Positions 26,556 through 36,216 of a DNA stretch of 64,000 nt are shown here, piece after piece. A program made the position numbers and the translations under genes. Source of the stretch: an uncultured Traorella sp. (GTDB lineage Bacteria > Bacillota_I > Bacilli_A > Erysipelotrichales > Erysipelotrichaceae); the NCBI GenBank assembly GCA_944324265.1, contig CALUVS010000002.1, positions 6,250 to 70,249 on the forward strand, written 5' to 3'. The notes under the pieces were generated by a model. The model searched no databases, had not been told where the DNA came from, and saw nothing but the letters and a program-made list of their open reading frames with translations. Numbering within the stretch: position 1 is the first letter of the stretch; each line of letters opens with the position of its first letter.

Positions 26556-27089
26556 ATGTGCGGAAGATATTATATTGAACTGGATAGTTCCGGTTTAGGA
26601 AAAGAAATCATCAAGAAATGCGAGAAATCTTTTCAAGATACCAAATACAAAGAAGTATTTCCGGGACAGGAAGCTATTGTATTGATTCGTGATAACGACA
26701 GCTATGCAGCAAAGATGATGAAGTGGGGCTTTGAAGGAAAATCACTTGTGATCAATGCAAGAAGTGAAACTTTGCATGAAAGAAGAATGTTTCAGCCATT
26801 TGTTCATCAAAGATGCTTGGTTGTCAGCAATGGTTTTTTTGAATGGAGCAAGCCTCCTTATAAGAAAAAGATCAAGATCAGTTGGGAAGAAAATATCATG
26901 CTTTTGGCAGGCATATATAATAATAAGAATGAGTTTGTCATTGTGACAGGAGAATCCATTGGTGATCTGGCTCATGTACATCATCGTACACCGATCTTGG
27001 TGCATGAAACAGACTTGATGAAGTTTTTGAAGCATGAGATGAAATATGAAGTAAAAAAAGAGAACTTAAAATTTGAAATTTTGGAGTAA
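26556..27089 (+). CDS. SOS-response-associated peptidase (SRAP/YedK family, abasic-site DNA-protein crosslink)
   Basis: Hallmark N-terminus MCGRY with Cys2. Conserved NARSET and HHRTP-like motifs. Confidence 0.85.
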   Translation: MCGRYYIELDSSGLGKEIIKKCEKSFQDTKYKEVFPGQEAIVLIRDNDSYAAKMMKWGFEGKSLVINARSETLHERRMFQPFVHQRCLVVSNGFFEWSKPPYKKKIKISWEENIMLLAGIYNNKNEFVIVTGESIGDLAHVHHRTPILVHETDLMKFLKHEMKYEVKKENLKFEILE

Positions 27090-27096
27090 ATATGAT

Positions 27097-27129
27097 AAAA
27101 AATAACTTGTTTGAAATAAGTTATTTTTT
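27097..27129. terminator. AT-rich hairpin terminator
   Basis: AAAAAATAACTT / AAGTTATTTTTT. Confidence 0.5.
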
Positions 27130-27349
27130 ATTTGTATCAAAAAAATAATGAATTGTATACATATCAGGATTATTGAGACTTATTTTAGACAAAAGGATAA
27201 ATTTGTACAATGAAAAATCATATAAAATGTAATATAATAAGTAACAAATGGTTAAAAATAAGTATCTGATAGTAATTTTTACTATAGTCTTCAGTATATG
27301 ACCTATTAAAAAGTGTCGATCTATTAAGTCTTTTTGAGGAGGAATGTAT

Positions 27350-30265
27350 ATGGAGTATGTGATTGGTTTAGATATTGGTTCCACTACCATTAAATGTGTT
27401 GTATTAGATGAGAATAATCAAATTGTATATAAAAGCTATGAACGTCATAAGGCTCGTGTCAGAGAAATGGCATATGAAAAAATCTTGTCATTGGCTTCTA
27501 CACTAAAAAACAGCAAGATCAAGCTGGCGTTGAGCGGTTCAGCTGCGATTGGGGTAGCGAATGTCGCAAATCTTACCTTCGTGCAGGAAGTATTTGCCAG
27601 TGCTTATACGATTCGCAAGCACTTGCCGGACAGTGACTTGGCCATTGAATTAGGCGGTGAAGATGCGAAGATCATTTTCCTGAAGGGAGCTTTGGAAGAG
27701 CGAATGAATTCCAGCTGTGCCGGAGGGACAGGGGCATTTATTGATCAGATGGCTGCTTTATTGGATATCGATACAGAGGAATTTGACAAATTATCCTTGC
27801 AGGCAGATCAGCTCTATCCGGTAGCTTCTCGATGCGGTGTATTTGCGAAAACAGATATTCAGCCTTTGATCAACCAAGGGGCCAGAAGAGAAAATATTGC
27901 CGCCAGCGTATATCAAGCAGTTGTCGATCAGACGATTGCCGGATTGGCGCAAGGAAGAAGTTTGGAAGGAAAGGTTGTCTTTTTAGGAGGACCATTAACT
28001 TTTTTGAAGGGCTTGAGAATTCGTTTCAAAGAAACTTTGAAGCTGGATGATGAGCATGCCTTGTTTCCGGAAAACGGAGAATATTATATTGCATTAGGGG
28101 CTGCTTATTATGCAGAAGATAATGCAGAAGCATTGGATTATGATGAATTATGTCAGCGATTATATCAAGCTTCTATTTATAAGGAAAATTTACAGACCAT
28201 TGATCCATTGTTTGTCGATGAAGAAGAATATCAGGAATTCTTGCGTCTGCATCGCATCAATGATGTTTCTTATGCCTCATTGAAGGGCTATGATAAGGAA
28301 GCTTATCTGGGAATTGATGCCGGAAGTACAACAACTAAATTAGTTGTCATTGATCCGCAGTGCAATATTCTTTATCAGAACTATGTCAGCAGCAAAGGAA
28401 ATCCGGTCAATGTCATTCAAAAGGAATTGATTCATATTTATGAAGAAGCTCCGAATATTCAGTTCAAAGGAAGCTGTGTCAGCGGTTATGGTGAAGAACT
28501 GATTAAAGCAGGCTTTCATGTTGATGAAGGAATTGTGGAAACACAGGCTCACTATCAGGCTGCAAAGTTCTTCAATCCGGATGTCGATTTCATCTTGGAT
28601 ATCGGCGGGCAAGATATGAAATGCTTCAAGATCAAGGATGGAGCGATTGATGATATTATCTTGAATGAAGCTTGTTCCAGCGGATGCGGATCCTTCTTGG
28701 AAAGCTTTGCCAACAGTATGTCAGAAGACATTGCCACTTTTGCTAAAAAAGGTTTATTTGCGAAACATCCAGTTGAATTAGGTTCTCGCTGCAGTGTATT
28801 TATGAACTCCAGTGTGAAACAGGCTCAGAAAAACGGAGCGACTCTGGAAGATATTTCTGCCGGATTGGCCATGTCTATTGTGAAAAATGCCTTATATAAA
28901 GTTATACGTATTAAAAATAAAGATGAGATCGGACAAAATATCGTTGTGCAGGGCGGCACCTTCTTAAACGATGCAATTCTCCGCTGCTTTGAAAGAGAAT
29001 TGAACAGAAGTGTTATCCGACCAAGTATTGCGGAATTGATGGGAGCTTTCGGAGCGGCACTGCATGCCTTAAAGCACAAAAAAGAAAAGAGCACATTGCT
29101 CAGCGAAGAAGAAGTAAAGAATTTACTTCATACATCAACGGCATTCCAATGCAAAGGATGTACGAACCACTGTAATTTAACCCTCAATGATTTTGGCAAC
29201 GGTACACGTCAGATCGGCGGCAATCGCTGTGAAAAACCAATCAGCGGCAAAAAGCAAAAAGAAGATCTGCCGAATGCCTATACATATAAAAATGAAGCTT
29301 TATCTGCCTATTTTCATCGTGAGGGCAAAAAAGGTGTTATCGGTATTCCAAGAGTATTGAATATGTTTGAATATCTGCCATTCTGGGCAACTTTCTTTGA
29401 AAAATTGGGCTATGGCATTGAAGTCAGTGATGAAAGCACCAAAGCTCTTTATGATAAGGGAGCCAGAAGCATTCCAAGTGATACAGCATGTTATCCGGCA
29501 AAATTAGTGCATGGACATATTGAATCCCTGCAGGAAAAAAAGGTAGATATGATCTTCTATCCATGCATGACCTATAGCATTGATGAAGGTATTTCTGATA
29601 ATCATTTCAGCTGTCCGGTTGTTGCTTACTATCCGGAATTGATTCAGGCAAATATGACTTTGCATGTGCCTATGTTAAGTCCATATATTTCGCTTAATGA
29701 TTCAAAACAATTCCAGAAGCGAATTCATGAAGAATTCAAGAAAGCCGGTTTAAATATTTCCAAAAAGGAAATCAAAGAAGCCAGTGATGCAGCATATGAA
29801 GAATATCATGCATACAAGAAACGATTGGTGGATTTCGGTACGAAAGCCATTGATTTTGCTAAACAGAATCAGAAAAAAATTATTGTGCTTGTCGGAAGAC
29901 CTTATCACATTGATTCTTTGATTCACCATGGTATTTCTGATCTGCTTCAGTATTTGGGACTTGTTGTTGTCAGTGAAGATTGTCTGCCTTATCTGCCTTA
30001 TGAATCAAGAAAGGTATTGAATCAATGGACATTCCATGCTCGTATGTACAATGCAGCGCGTATTGCAGCACAGGATAAAGACATGGAATTGATTCAGTTA
30101 GTATCATTTGGATGCGGTATTGATGCGATTACAACAGATGAAATTAAATCTATCATGAAAGAGCATGATCGTTTGTATACACAGATCAAAATTGATGAAA
30201 CAAGTAATCTTGGTGCTGTCAAGATCAGAATTCGTTCTTTGCTTGCAGCTTTGGAGGATGAGTAA
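27350..30265 (+). CDS. BadF/BcrA/HgdC-type activase protein with two ATPase domains and a C-terminal extension (CoA-substrate-specific enzyme activase family)
   Basis: Duplicate acetate/sugar-kinase-fold starts GLDIGSTTIKCVV and GIDAGSTTTKLVV, plus a Cys-rich CKGCTNHC segment. GAGGAGG RBS favours the ATG at 27350. Confidence 0.85.
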   Translation: MEYVIGLDIGSTTIKCVVLDENNQIVYKSYERHKARVREMAYEKILSLASTLKNSKIKLALSGSAAIGVANVANLTFVQEVFASAYTIRKHLPDSDLAIELGGEDAKIIFLKGALEERMNSSCAGGTGAFIDQMAALLDIDTEEFDKLSLQADQLYPVASRCGVFAKTDIQPLINQGARRENIAASVYQAVVDQTIAGLAQGRSLEGKVVFLGGPLTFLKGLRIRFKETLKLDDEHALFPENGEYYIALGAAYYAEDNAEALDYDELCQRLYQASIYKENLQTIDPLFVDEEEYQEFLRLHRINDVSYASLKGYDKEAYLGIDAGSTTTKLVVIDPQCNILYQNYVSSKGNPVNVIQKELIHIYEEAPNIQFKGSCVSGYGEELIKAGFHVDEGIVETQAHYQAAKFFNPDVDFILDIGGQDMKCFKIKDGAIDDIILNEACSSGCGSFLESFANSMSEDIATFAKKGLFAKHPVELGSRCSVFMNSSVKQAQKNGATLEDISAGLAMSIVKNALYKVIRIKNKDEIGQNIVVQGGTFLNDAILRCFERELNRSVIRPSIAELMGAFGAALHALKHKKEKSTLLSEEEVKNLLHTSTAFQCKGCTNHCNLTLNDFGNGTRQIGGNRCEKPISGKKQKEDLPNAYTYKNEALSAYFHREGKKGVIGIPRVLNMFEYLPFWATFFEKLGYGIEVSDESTKALYDKGARSIPSDTACYPAKLVHGHIESLQEKKVDMIFYPCMTYSIDEGISDNHFSCPVVAYYPELIQANMTLHVPMLSPYISLNDSKQFQKRIHEEFKKAGLNISKKEIKEASDAAYEEYHAYKKRLVDFGTKAIDFAKQNQKKIIVLVGRPYHIDSLIHHGISDLLQYLGLVVVSEDCLPYLPYESRKVLNQWTFHARMYNAARIAAQDKDMELIQLVSFGCGIDAITTDEIKSIMKEHDRLYTQIKIDETSNLGAVKIRIRSLLAALEDE

Positions 30266-30266
30266 T

Positions 30267-31520
30267 ATGGAAAAACACTTTGTGGAATTTACAAAAGAAA
30301 TGAAAGATACTCATACGATATTCTTGCCAAGCATGCTGCCGATTCATTTGACTTTAGTAGAAAAAGTATTGAATAAGGAAGGATTCCATTGTGTTTTGCT
30401 GACAAATGAAGGGCCAAGTGCCATCGAAGAAGGAGTCAGCAGTGTTCACAATGATACTTGTTATCCTGCTTTGTTAGTCATCGGACAGTTTTTGGATGCT
30501 TTGAAAAACGGCGGCTATGATCCTCATAAATGTGCCTTGCTGATTACACAGACAGGCGGGGGATGCCGCGCCAGCAATTATATCCATTTATTAAGAAAAG
30601 CCTTAAAGCAAAATAACATGGAATATGTACCGGTTATTTCTGTCAACTTCAGCGGATTGGAAAGCCACAGCGGTTTTCAATTGTCCCTGAGTACTTTGAT
30701 CAAAGTATTATATGCTATTATCTATGGCGATTTCCTGATGATCATCAACAATCAGGTACGTGCCCGAGAAGTGCATAAAGGAAGTACCAAGAAAGTATTT
30801 GATGAATGTATTTCGTTATTGTGCAATGCATTGGAAGATGGCAGTTATCGCAAGACCAAAAAATATTATCGTGAAATATTAGAAAAATTTGATACAGTAG
30901 AACAGAAAACAGAAGAGACGATCAAAGTAGGTATTGTCGGAGAAATCTACATGAAATATGCACCATTCGGCAATCAGCACTTAGAAGATGTCTTAATTGA
31001 ACAAGGCGTTGAACCGGTGGTCAGCGGTGTATTGGACTTTGGTCAGTACTGTTTGGAAAATGCTAAAATTGATCAGCGCTTATACGGAAAACAATGGCTG
31101 GCGAAAACAGTTGCCAGCATAGCTCAGGCTTATGTAACTCATCAGCAGGAAAACATGGCCAAAGCCATTGAAAAGCATGGCCGTTACCGCAAACCTTCTT
31201 CCTTCAAAGAAGTGAAGAAATATGGTCAGGATATGATCAGCGATGGTGTGAAGATGGGTGAAGGATGGCTATTGACAAGTGAAATGTGTGAACTGATTGA
31301 ATCAGGTGTGAATAACATTGTCTGTACACAGCCATTCGGATGTCTGCCAAACCACATTGTTGCCAAAGGAATGATGCGCAAGATCAAAGAAAAATATCCA
31401 TTAAGCAATATTACAGCGATTGATTATGATGCCAGTGCCAGTGCTGTCAATCAGATGAATCGTATTCAGTTAATGTTGATCAATGCACGTAATCAAGCTT
31501 CATTACAGAAAGAATCGTAA
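30267..31520 (+). CDS. 2-hydroxyacyl-CoA dehydratase-like / DUF2229 protein (partner of the activase)
   Basis: ATG 1 nt after the upstream stop, with a GGAGGA RBS. In many Firmicutes this domain is fused to the activase. Confidence 0.8.
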   Translation: MEKHFVEFTKEMKDTHTIFLPSMLPIHLTLVEKVLNKEGFHCVLLTNEGPSAIEEGVSSVHNDTCYPALLVIGQFLDALKNGGYDPHKCALLITQTGGGCRASNYIHLLRKALKQNNMEYVPVISVNFSGLESHSGFQLSLSTLIKVLYAIIYGDFLMIINNQVRAREVHKGSTKKVFDECISLLCNALEDGSYRKTKKYYREILEKFDTVEQKTEETIKVGIVGEIYMKYAPFGNQHLEDVLIEQGVEPVVSGVLDFGQYCLENAKIDQRLYGKQWLAKTVASIAQAYVTHQQENMAKAIEKHGRYRKPSSFKEVKKYGQDMISDGVKMGEGWLLTSEMCELIESGVNNIVCTQPFGCLPNHIVAKGMMRKIKEKYPLSNITAIDYDASASAVNQMNRIQLMLINARNQASLQKES

Positions 31521-31582
31521 TGAGGCTTTTTATTATGTCATAAATCAAAATCAATCCTCATATACTTCGATGAGGTGAAAGA

Positions 31583-32665
31583 ATGAAAAAACAAATTGCA
31601 GCATTAAAGAAAAGTGCTATCCGAGAATTCCATGATCAGATTCATGGTGATGTGATTGATCTGACAATTGGAGATCCTTATTATACAAGTGAAGTGCTGC
31701 TTACAAATATAAAAAAAGCGGCAGTCGGAAGACAGTCTTATGCCCCTGTCAAAGGCAATGAGGAATTAAGAAATGAAATTATGCGCGTCGAGAAAAGAAA
31801 TAATATAGAAGAGATACTGATATGCAATGGAGCGACACAAGGATTGCAGTTAGTTTTTTCGTCTTGTTTGAATGCACAAGATGAAGTAATTCTTCCTTTT
31901 CCCTGTTATCCGCAATATGTTGATTTATGTCAATTGCATGACTGCCAAATAAAAGAATTGGATCTGGATGAAAATGCGCAGATTGAAGAAAGTAAGCTTG
32001 CTGCATTAATCAATGAAAATACAAAAGCAATTTTATTAAATACACCCCATAATCCGACCGGAAAGATTTATAGCTTAAAATCTTTGCGTATTTTACGCAA
32101 ATGTCTTAAAAATAAAAACATTTTGGTGATATGGGATGCCGTCTATGATTTTTGCTTGGATGAAGAAATCAAAGAAGAGATACGCAAGCTGGAACAGCTG
32201 ATTGAAATTCATTCATTTTCGAAATCATTTGGTGTCTGCGGATGGCGTATTGGTTATATCGTATCATCCAAACCAATCATCGATCTTTTGGCAAGAATAC
32301 ATCAATGCAGTGAAGTCTGTTCCTCTTCACTCATTCAAAAGGCTATGATCAATTATTCAGATATTTCCATGCAAGAGGAATATGATGCCTGTGAAAGAAA
32401 TCGAAATTATGTTATGGATCGCTGTCAAGCCATGGGACTGTCTTGTCAGAAGGATTCAGGAGTTTTTTATGTGTTTCCTTCCATTCATCAAACACATTTA
32501 TCCAGTGAGGCATTTGCCCGTATTTTGTTGGAACAGTTTCAAGTAGCTGTATTGCCCGGGAAATATTTTTATCAAGAGAATCATATACGCATATCTTGCT
32601 GCGTAAGAGAAGAAGAACTGATAGAAGGGATGAATCGCATGAAAGCGATGATGGAGCTGATATGA
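31583..32665 (+). CDS. Class I/II PLP-dependent aminotransferase (likely N-acetyl-LL-diaminopimelate aminotransferase by context)
   Basis: PLP-lysine motif SFSKSFGVCGWRIGY and NPTG motif. First gene of the dap cluster. Confidence 0.8.
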   Translation: MKKQIAALKKSAIREFHDQIHGDVIDLTIGDPYYTSEVLLTNIKKAAVGRQSYAPVKGNEELRNEIMRVEKRNNIEEILICNGATQGLQLVFSSCLNAQDEVILPFPCYPQYVDLCQLHDCQIKELDLDENAQIEESKLAALINENTKAILLNTPHNPTGKIYSLKSLRILRKCLKNKNILVIWDAVYDFCLDEEIKEEIRKLEQLIEIHSFSKSFGVCGWRIGYIVSSKPIIDLLARIHQCSEVCSSSLIQKAMINYSDISMQEEYDACERNRNYVMDRCQAMGLSCQKDSGVFYVFPSIHQTHLSSEAFARILLEQFQVAVLPGKYFYQENHIRISCCVREEELIEGMNRMKAMMELI

Positions 32666-33312
32666 AAATATATGAAGGATGCGGCAATACATTTGTTATG
32701 GCAGAAGAAATGATCGATGCAGAGAAAATCTGTCAAAGCGAAGATACAGATGGCTTTATTCTGGTTGACAGTGAAAACTTAAAAATGGAAATATACAATC
32801 GTGATGGTACAAGAGCTGCATTATGTGTCAATGGACTGCGCTGCTTTGTTCAATATTGTTTTGATCAGAGATATATCGATAAAAAAGAAGTCCAGATAGA
32901 AACAGACAGCGGTTTTTATGGTGTTCGTATTTTATATTATTATCCTTTTTTGTGTGAAGTGACTTTACCTTTGCCTCGAATCGAAACAAATCATGTGTAT
33001 ATGGGCAATCATCATATGATTTTATTTAATCGACATTTTGATTTAGGGGAATATTACAGTCAGCTTCATGACTGCAATGTTAATTTTGTGCGCATCATGC
33101 ATGAAAACAGAATCAGTGTCATTACGTATGAAAGAGGAGTGGGATTTACGAATTCCTGCGGGAGCGGAGCTATTGCATCGGCTTATTATGCTTATCTGCA
33201 TAAGCTGTGTGAAGATCGTATTGAGGTTTTGAACAAGGGCGGAAGACTGCTCATTGAAATCAGTGACCAGATTACATTGACCGGTGAAAGCCGTTATGTG
33301 AAAGACATATAA
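32662..33312 (+). CDS. dapF: Diaminopimelate epimerase, unusually compact (216 aa)
   Basis: GCGNTF N-terminus. First Cys in NRDGTRAALCVNGLRC, second in TNSCGSGA. ATGA overlap with the aminotransferase gene. Confidence 0.78.
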   Translation: MKIYEGCGNTFVMAEEMIDAEKICQSEDTDGFILVDSENLKMEIYNRDGTRAALCVNGLRCFVQYCFDQRYIDKKEVQIETDSGFYGVRILYYYPFLCEVTLPLPRIETNHVYMGNHHMILFNRHFDLGEYYSQLHDCNVNFVRIMHENRISVITYERGVGFTNSCGSGAIASAYYAYLHKLCEDRIEVLNKGGRLLIEISDQITLTGESRYVKDI

Positions 33313-33352
33313 GAAGCTCATTCATGCATATACTGAAAAACGAGGTGAAAGT

Positions 33353-34054
33353 ATGAAATGCGGAATTGTAGGTCAGGGAAGAATGGGACAATGTTTAAAA
33401 GAAGTGATTCAGGAAGAAGTAGTAGGAATTGTAGGCAGAGGTTATTGCACACATGTCAATGAATGGAAAGAAGTACCGGAAGTTATTATTGATTTTTCAC
33501 ATCCTTCTTCATTGAATATGATCTTGGAATATGCACTGAATAATCATTGTAAATGTATTTTAGGAAGCACCGGTTATTCAGAAAAAGAACTGTCGATGAT
33601 TGAAGAAGCCAGCCGGCAAATAGCAATTGTTGTGGCATCTAATTTTTCCGTAGGAATCAGTGTATTGAAGAAAATCAGCTGTGAAATGGCAAAAGCTTTG
33701 CCGAATTTTGATATTGAGCTGAGTGAATGTCATCATGCCAATAAAATTGATGCGCCCAGCGGGACCAGTCTGATGCTTTATGAAGCATTGAATCAGAATC
33801 AGGAATATCAAATGATCACCGGCAGAAATATGCAGAAAAAAAGAGATAAAAAAGAAATCGGCATTCATTCATTTCGGGGAGGCAACGGATCCGGTGTGCA
33901 TACGATCTTATTTTTAGGAAATGAAGAATCCATTGAATGCGTACATCGTATTACAAGCAAAGAAACTTTCATTCATGGTGCTTTGAAAGCATTGGAATAT
34001 ATTCAAGATAAGCAAGTAGGATGTTTTACTATGGATGATGTCATATGGAATTAA
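33353..34054 (+). CDS. dapB: 4-hydroxy-tetrahydrodipicolinate reductase
   Basis: GIVGQGRMG NAD(P) site and ECHHANKIDAPSGTS signature. Confidence 0.88.
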   Translation: MKCGIVGQGRMGQCLKEVIQEEVVGIVGRGYCTHVNEWKEVPEVIIDFSHPSSLNMILEYALNNHCKCILGSTGYSEKELSMIEEASRQIAIVVASNFSVGISVLKKISCEMAKALPNFDIELSECHHANKIDAPSGTSLMLYEALNQNQEYQMITGRNMQKKRDKKEIGIHSFRGGNGSGVHTILFLGNEESIECVHRITSKETFIHGALKALEYIQDKQVGCFTMDDVIWN

Positions 34055-34707
34055 AAGATCTCATTATTCAATCAAAGAAAAAAACACCGGTACATGTATA
34101 TTTAAAAAATAAGATTCAGGGAATGGAAGATCAAATCTATTCTCATGTATTGATCGGTGAATGGGATGAAATGAAAGAAGTCTTAGAAAAATTTCATTGT
34201 GAAGATTATGTTGTGGAAGCAGACAGAAGAAATTCAGCTCTGCCTTTATTGGATATCAAAAATCTGCCCGCTCGTATTGAACCCGGTGCGTTGATTCGTG
34301 AGGGGGCGCAGATTCATCAGCGAGCAATCATCATGATGGGGGCCATCATCAATGCCGGAAGTATTATCGGAGAAGAAACTATGATTGATATGGGAGCCGT
34401 TATCGGGGCACAGGTACAGATCGGCAAAAGATGCCATATCGGTGCCAATGCCGTATTGGCTGGTATTTTAGAGCCAGTCGGAGCACAGTCAGTAGTCATT
34501 GAAGATGATGTATTGATTGGAGCTAATGCAGTCATATTAGAAGGAATCCGAATTGGCAGAGGGGCGATTGTCGGTGCCGGTTCAGTAGTTTTAAGCGATG
34601 TAAAAGAAAATGAAGTTGTGGCAGGTGTTCCAGCAAGTTTTGTGAAATTCAAAGATGAAAAAGCTGCAGCTAAAAGTGAAATGATCTTAGCATTAAGAAA
34701 TCTATGA
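34045..34707 (+). CDS. dapH: Tetrahydrodipicolinate N-acetyltransferase
   Basis: N-terminal DapH domain (PVHVYLK...) plus left-handed beta-helix hexapeptide repeats. Overlaps the dapB stop. Confidence 0.88.
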   Translation: MELKDLIIQSKKKTPVHVYLKNKIQGMEDQIYSHVLIGEWDEMKEVLEKFHCEDYVVEADRRNSALPLLDIKNLPARIEPGALIREGAQIHQRAIIMMGAIINAGSIIGEETMIDMGAVIGAQVQIGKRCHIGANAVLAGILEPVGAQSVVIEDDVLIGANAVILEGIRIGRGAIVGAGSVVLSDVKENEVVAGVPASFVKFKDEKAAAKSEMILALRNL

Positions 34708-34727
34708 AAGTCCGAGAGGACTTTTTT
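34707..34727 (+). terminator. Rho-independent terminator of the dap cluster
   Basis: AAAGTCC-GAGA-GGACTTT followed by a T-run. Confidence 0.8.
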
Positions 34728-34801
34728 CTATAAGTTGCTCATGATAAAATGTAAATACAAATATCTGTTGTATATTTAGATTTCAATTTCTGAAATCAGA
34801 A

Positions 34802-34830
34802 GTTCGAATCAAATAGATTTATGTTATAAT
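34802..34830 (+). promoter_or_regulatory. Extended -10 promoter (TGTTATAAT) of the orphan ATPase gene
   Basis: TATAAT at 34825-34830 preceded by TGn. The -35 is weak. Confidence 0.4.
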
Positions 34831-34883
34831 AGAGTCGGTTTCAAAACTGAAAAAAATTTAAAGTTTCGAAAGTGGTGGGGAAC

Positions 34884-36077
34884 ATGAAACAAATTATCAG
34901 AGAAAAATATTTAAATCGTTTGATTGATTTACAAGATACTCCTGACATTAAAATTATAACTGGAATTCGCCGTTCAGGAAAATCAGAATTAATGAAATCT
35001 TATATAAGATATTTACAGGAATCTAAGGAAAATGCAAATATCATTTTTATAGATTTCATGGATTTGGATTATTTTGAATTAAAGGAATATCATACTTTAC
35101 ATCAATATGTAGAAGCTCATTGTATAGAAAATGCCAATAATTACTTGTTTGTTGATGAAGTACAAATGTGCCCAAATTTTGAATTGGCAATCAATAGTCT
35201 ACATTCAAAAAGAAAGTATGATATTTATATTACAGGGTCAAATGCTTTTTTGCTAAGCAACGATTTAGCAACACTATTTACCGGAAGATATATTGAACTT
35301 CATGTTTTTCCATTTAGTTTTAAAGAATATAGCCAATATTATGATGACATAGAAGATCAATATCAATTGTTTGATGATTATGTAAGATATGGCGGATTCT
35401 CGGGTTCATATGTTTATAGGAATGATTTAGATAAAAGGAGTTATATTAGAGAAGTATATGAAACGATTGTAAATCGCGATTTGGTTCAAAAATATAGTCT
35501 TCCTGATACACAGGTTCTAAACCGGTTGAGTGAATTTCTGATGGATAATATCAGCAATCTTACTTCTCCGAATCGTATTGCGAACACATTAGTAAATAAT
35601 AATATTTCGACAAATCATGTAACAATAGGGAAATATATAAAATATTTATGCAATGCTTTTGTTTTCTATAAGATAAAACGCTACGATATTCGAGGAAAAA
35701 AAAATTTAGAAACTGCAGATAAATATTATCTATGTGATACAGGTATTAGGTATTCTATTTTAGGAATGAGAAATATGGATTTTGGCCGTGCTTATGAGAA
35801 TATTGTATGTATAGAATTACTTCGTAGAGGATATGATGTGTATATAGGAAAATTGTATCAAAAAGAAGTAGATTTTATTGCAATGAAATCTGATGAAAAA
35901 ATTTATATTCAAGTAAGTGATGATATATCAAATGAAGATACTTTTAAAAGGGAATATGAGCCATTATTAAAAATTAATGATGCATATCCTAAAATGATCC
36001 TAACACGAACACGGCATCCGAAGTATACGTATGAAGGTATAGAAATTTTAGATATTACAGACTGGCTGTTAGGATAG
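34884..36077 (+). CDS. AAA+ ATPase with C-terminal DUF4143 (PD-(D/E)XK-like) domain
   Basis: Walker A GIRRSGKS and Walker B LFVDEVQ. C-terminal [30 protein letters not shown] before ATG 34884. Confidence 0.85.
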   Translation: MKQIIREKYLNRLIDLQDTPDIKIITGIRRSGKSELMKSYIRYLQESKENANIIFIDFMDLDYFELKEYHTLHQYVEAHCIENANNYLFVDEVQMCPNFELAINSLHSKRKYDIYITGSNAFLLSNDLATLFTGRYIELHVFPFSFKEYSQYYDDIEDQYQLFDDYVRYGGFSGSYVYRNDLDKRSYIREVYETIVNRDLVQKYSLPDTQVLNRLSEFLMDNISNLTSPNRIANTLVNNNISTNHVTIGKYIKYLCNAFVFYKIKRYDIRGKKNLETADKYYLCDTGIRYSILGMRNMDFGRAYENIVCIELLRRGYDVYIGKLYQKEVDFIAMKSDEKIYIQVSDDISNEDTFKREYEPLLKINDAYPKMILTRTRHPKYTYEGIEILDITDWLLG

Positions 36078-36216
36078 TTTTGATGACAAGAAAGTTAACA
36101 AGATAAAATCTATCTCTATGAATAGATTCATATTTCTATGCGTAAATCAAATTGTAAAGCGAGTGGAAATCAAGTACAATAATAGAGTATTCAACAGGAA
36201 AAGAAAGAGGTGCAAC

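Noticed and set aside
27121-27390. Intergenic ORF-track entries 27121-27390(-), 38509-38703(+), 12193-12378(+), 18777-19019(-), 63447-63716(-) and 24450-24632(-).
   Set aside because: They span promoters or terminators, or overlap the starts of real genes on the other strand. They are AT-rich with no RBS. 63447-63716 is antisense to the DegV gene, which the track missed because it runs off the window.
34317-34652. Antisense or alternate-frame ORFs inside well-supported genes. Examples: 34317-34652, 17154-17552, 36315-36650, 48987-49337, 58557-58865, 42269-42610, 3088-3408, 7088-7405.
   Set aside because: Each lies entirely within a longer ORF that has clear family motifs and an RBS. Their compositions are low-complexity, and none has translation signals.
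36078-36216. Possible THF riboswitch in the fhs leader (contains GCGUAAAUC, AAGCGAGUGG and AGAGUA, reminiscent of THF-I conserved blocks).
   Set aside because: The blocks are in the wrong order relative to the THF-I architecture as I remember it. I could not draw the P1-P4/pseudoknot fold. It needs cmscan, so it is not called.
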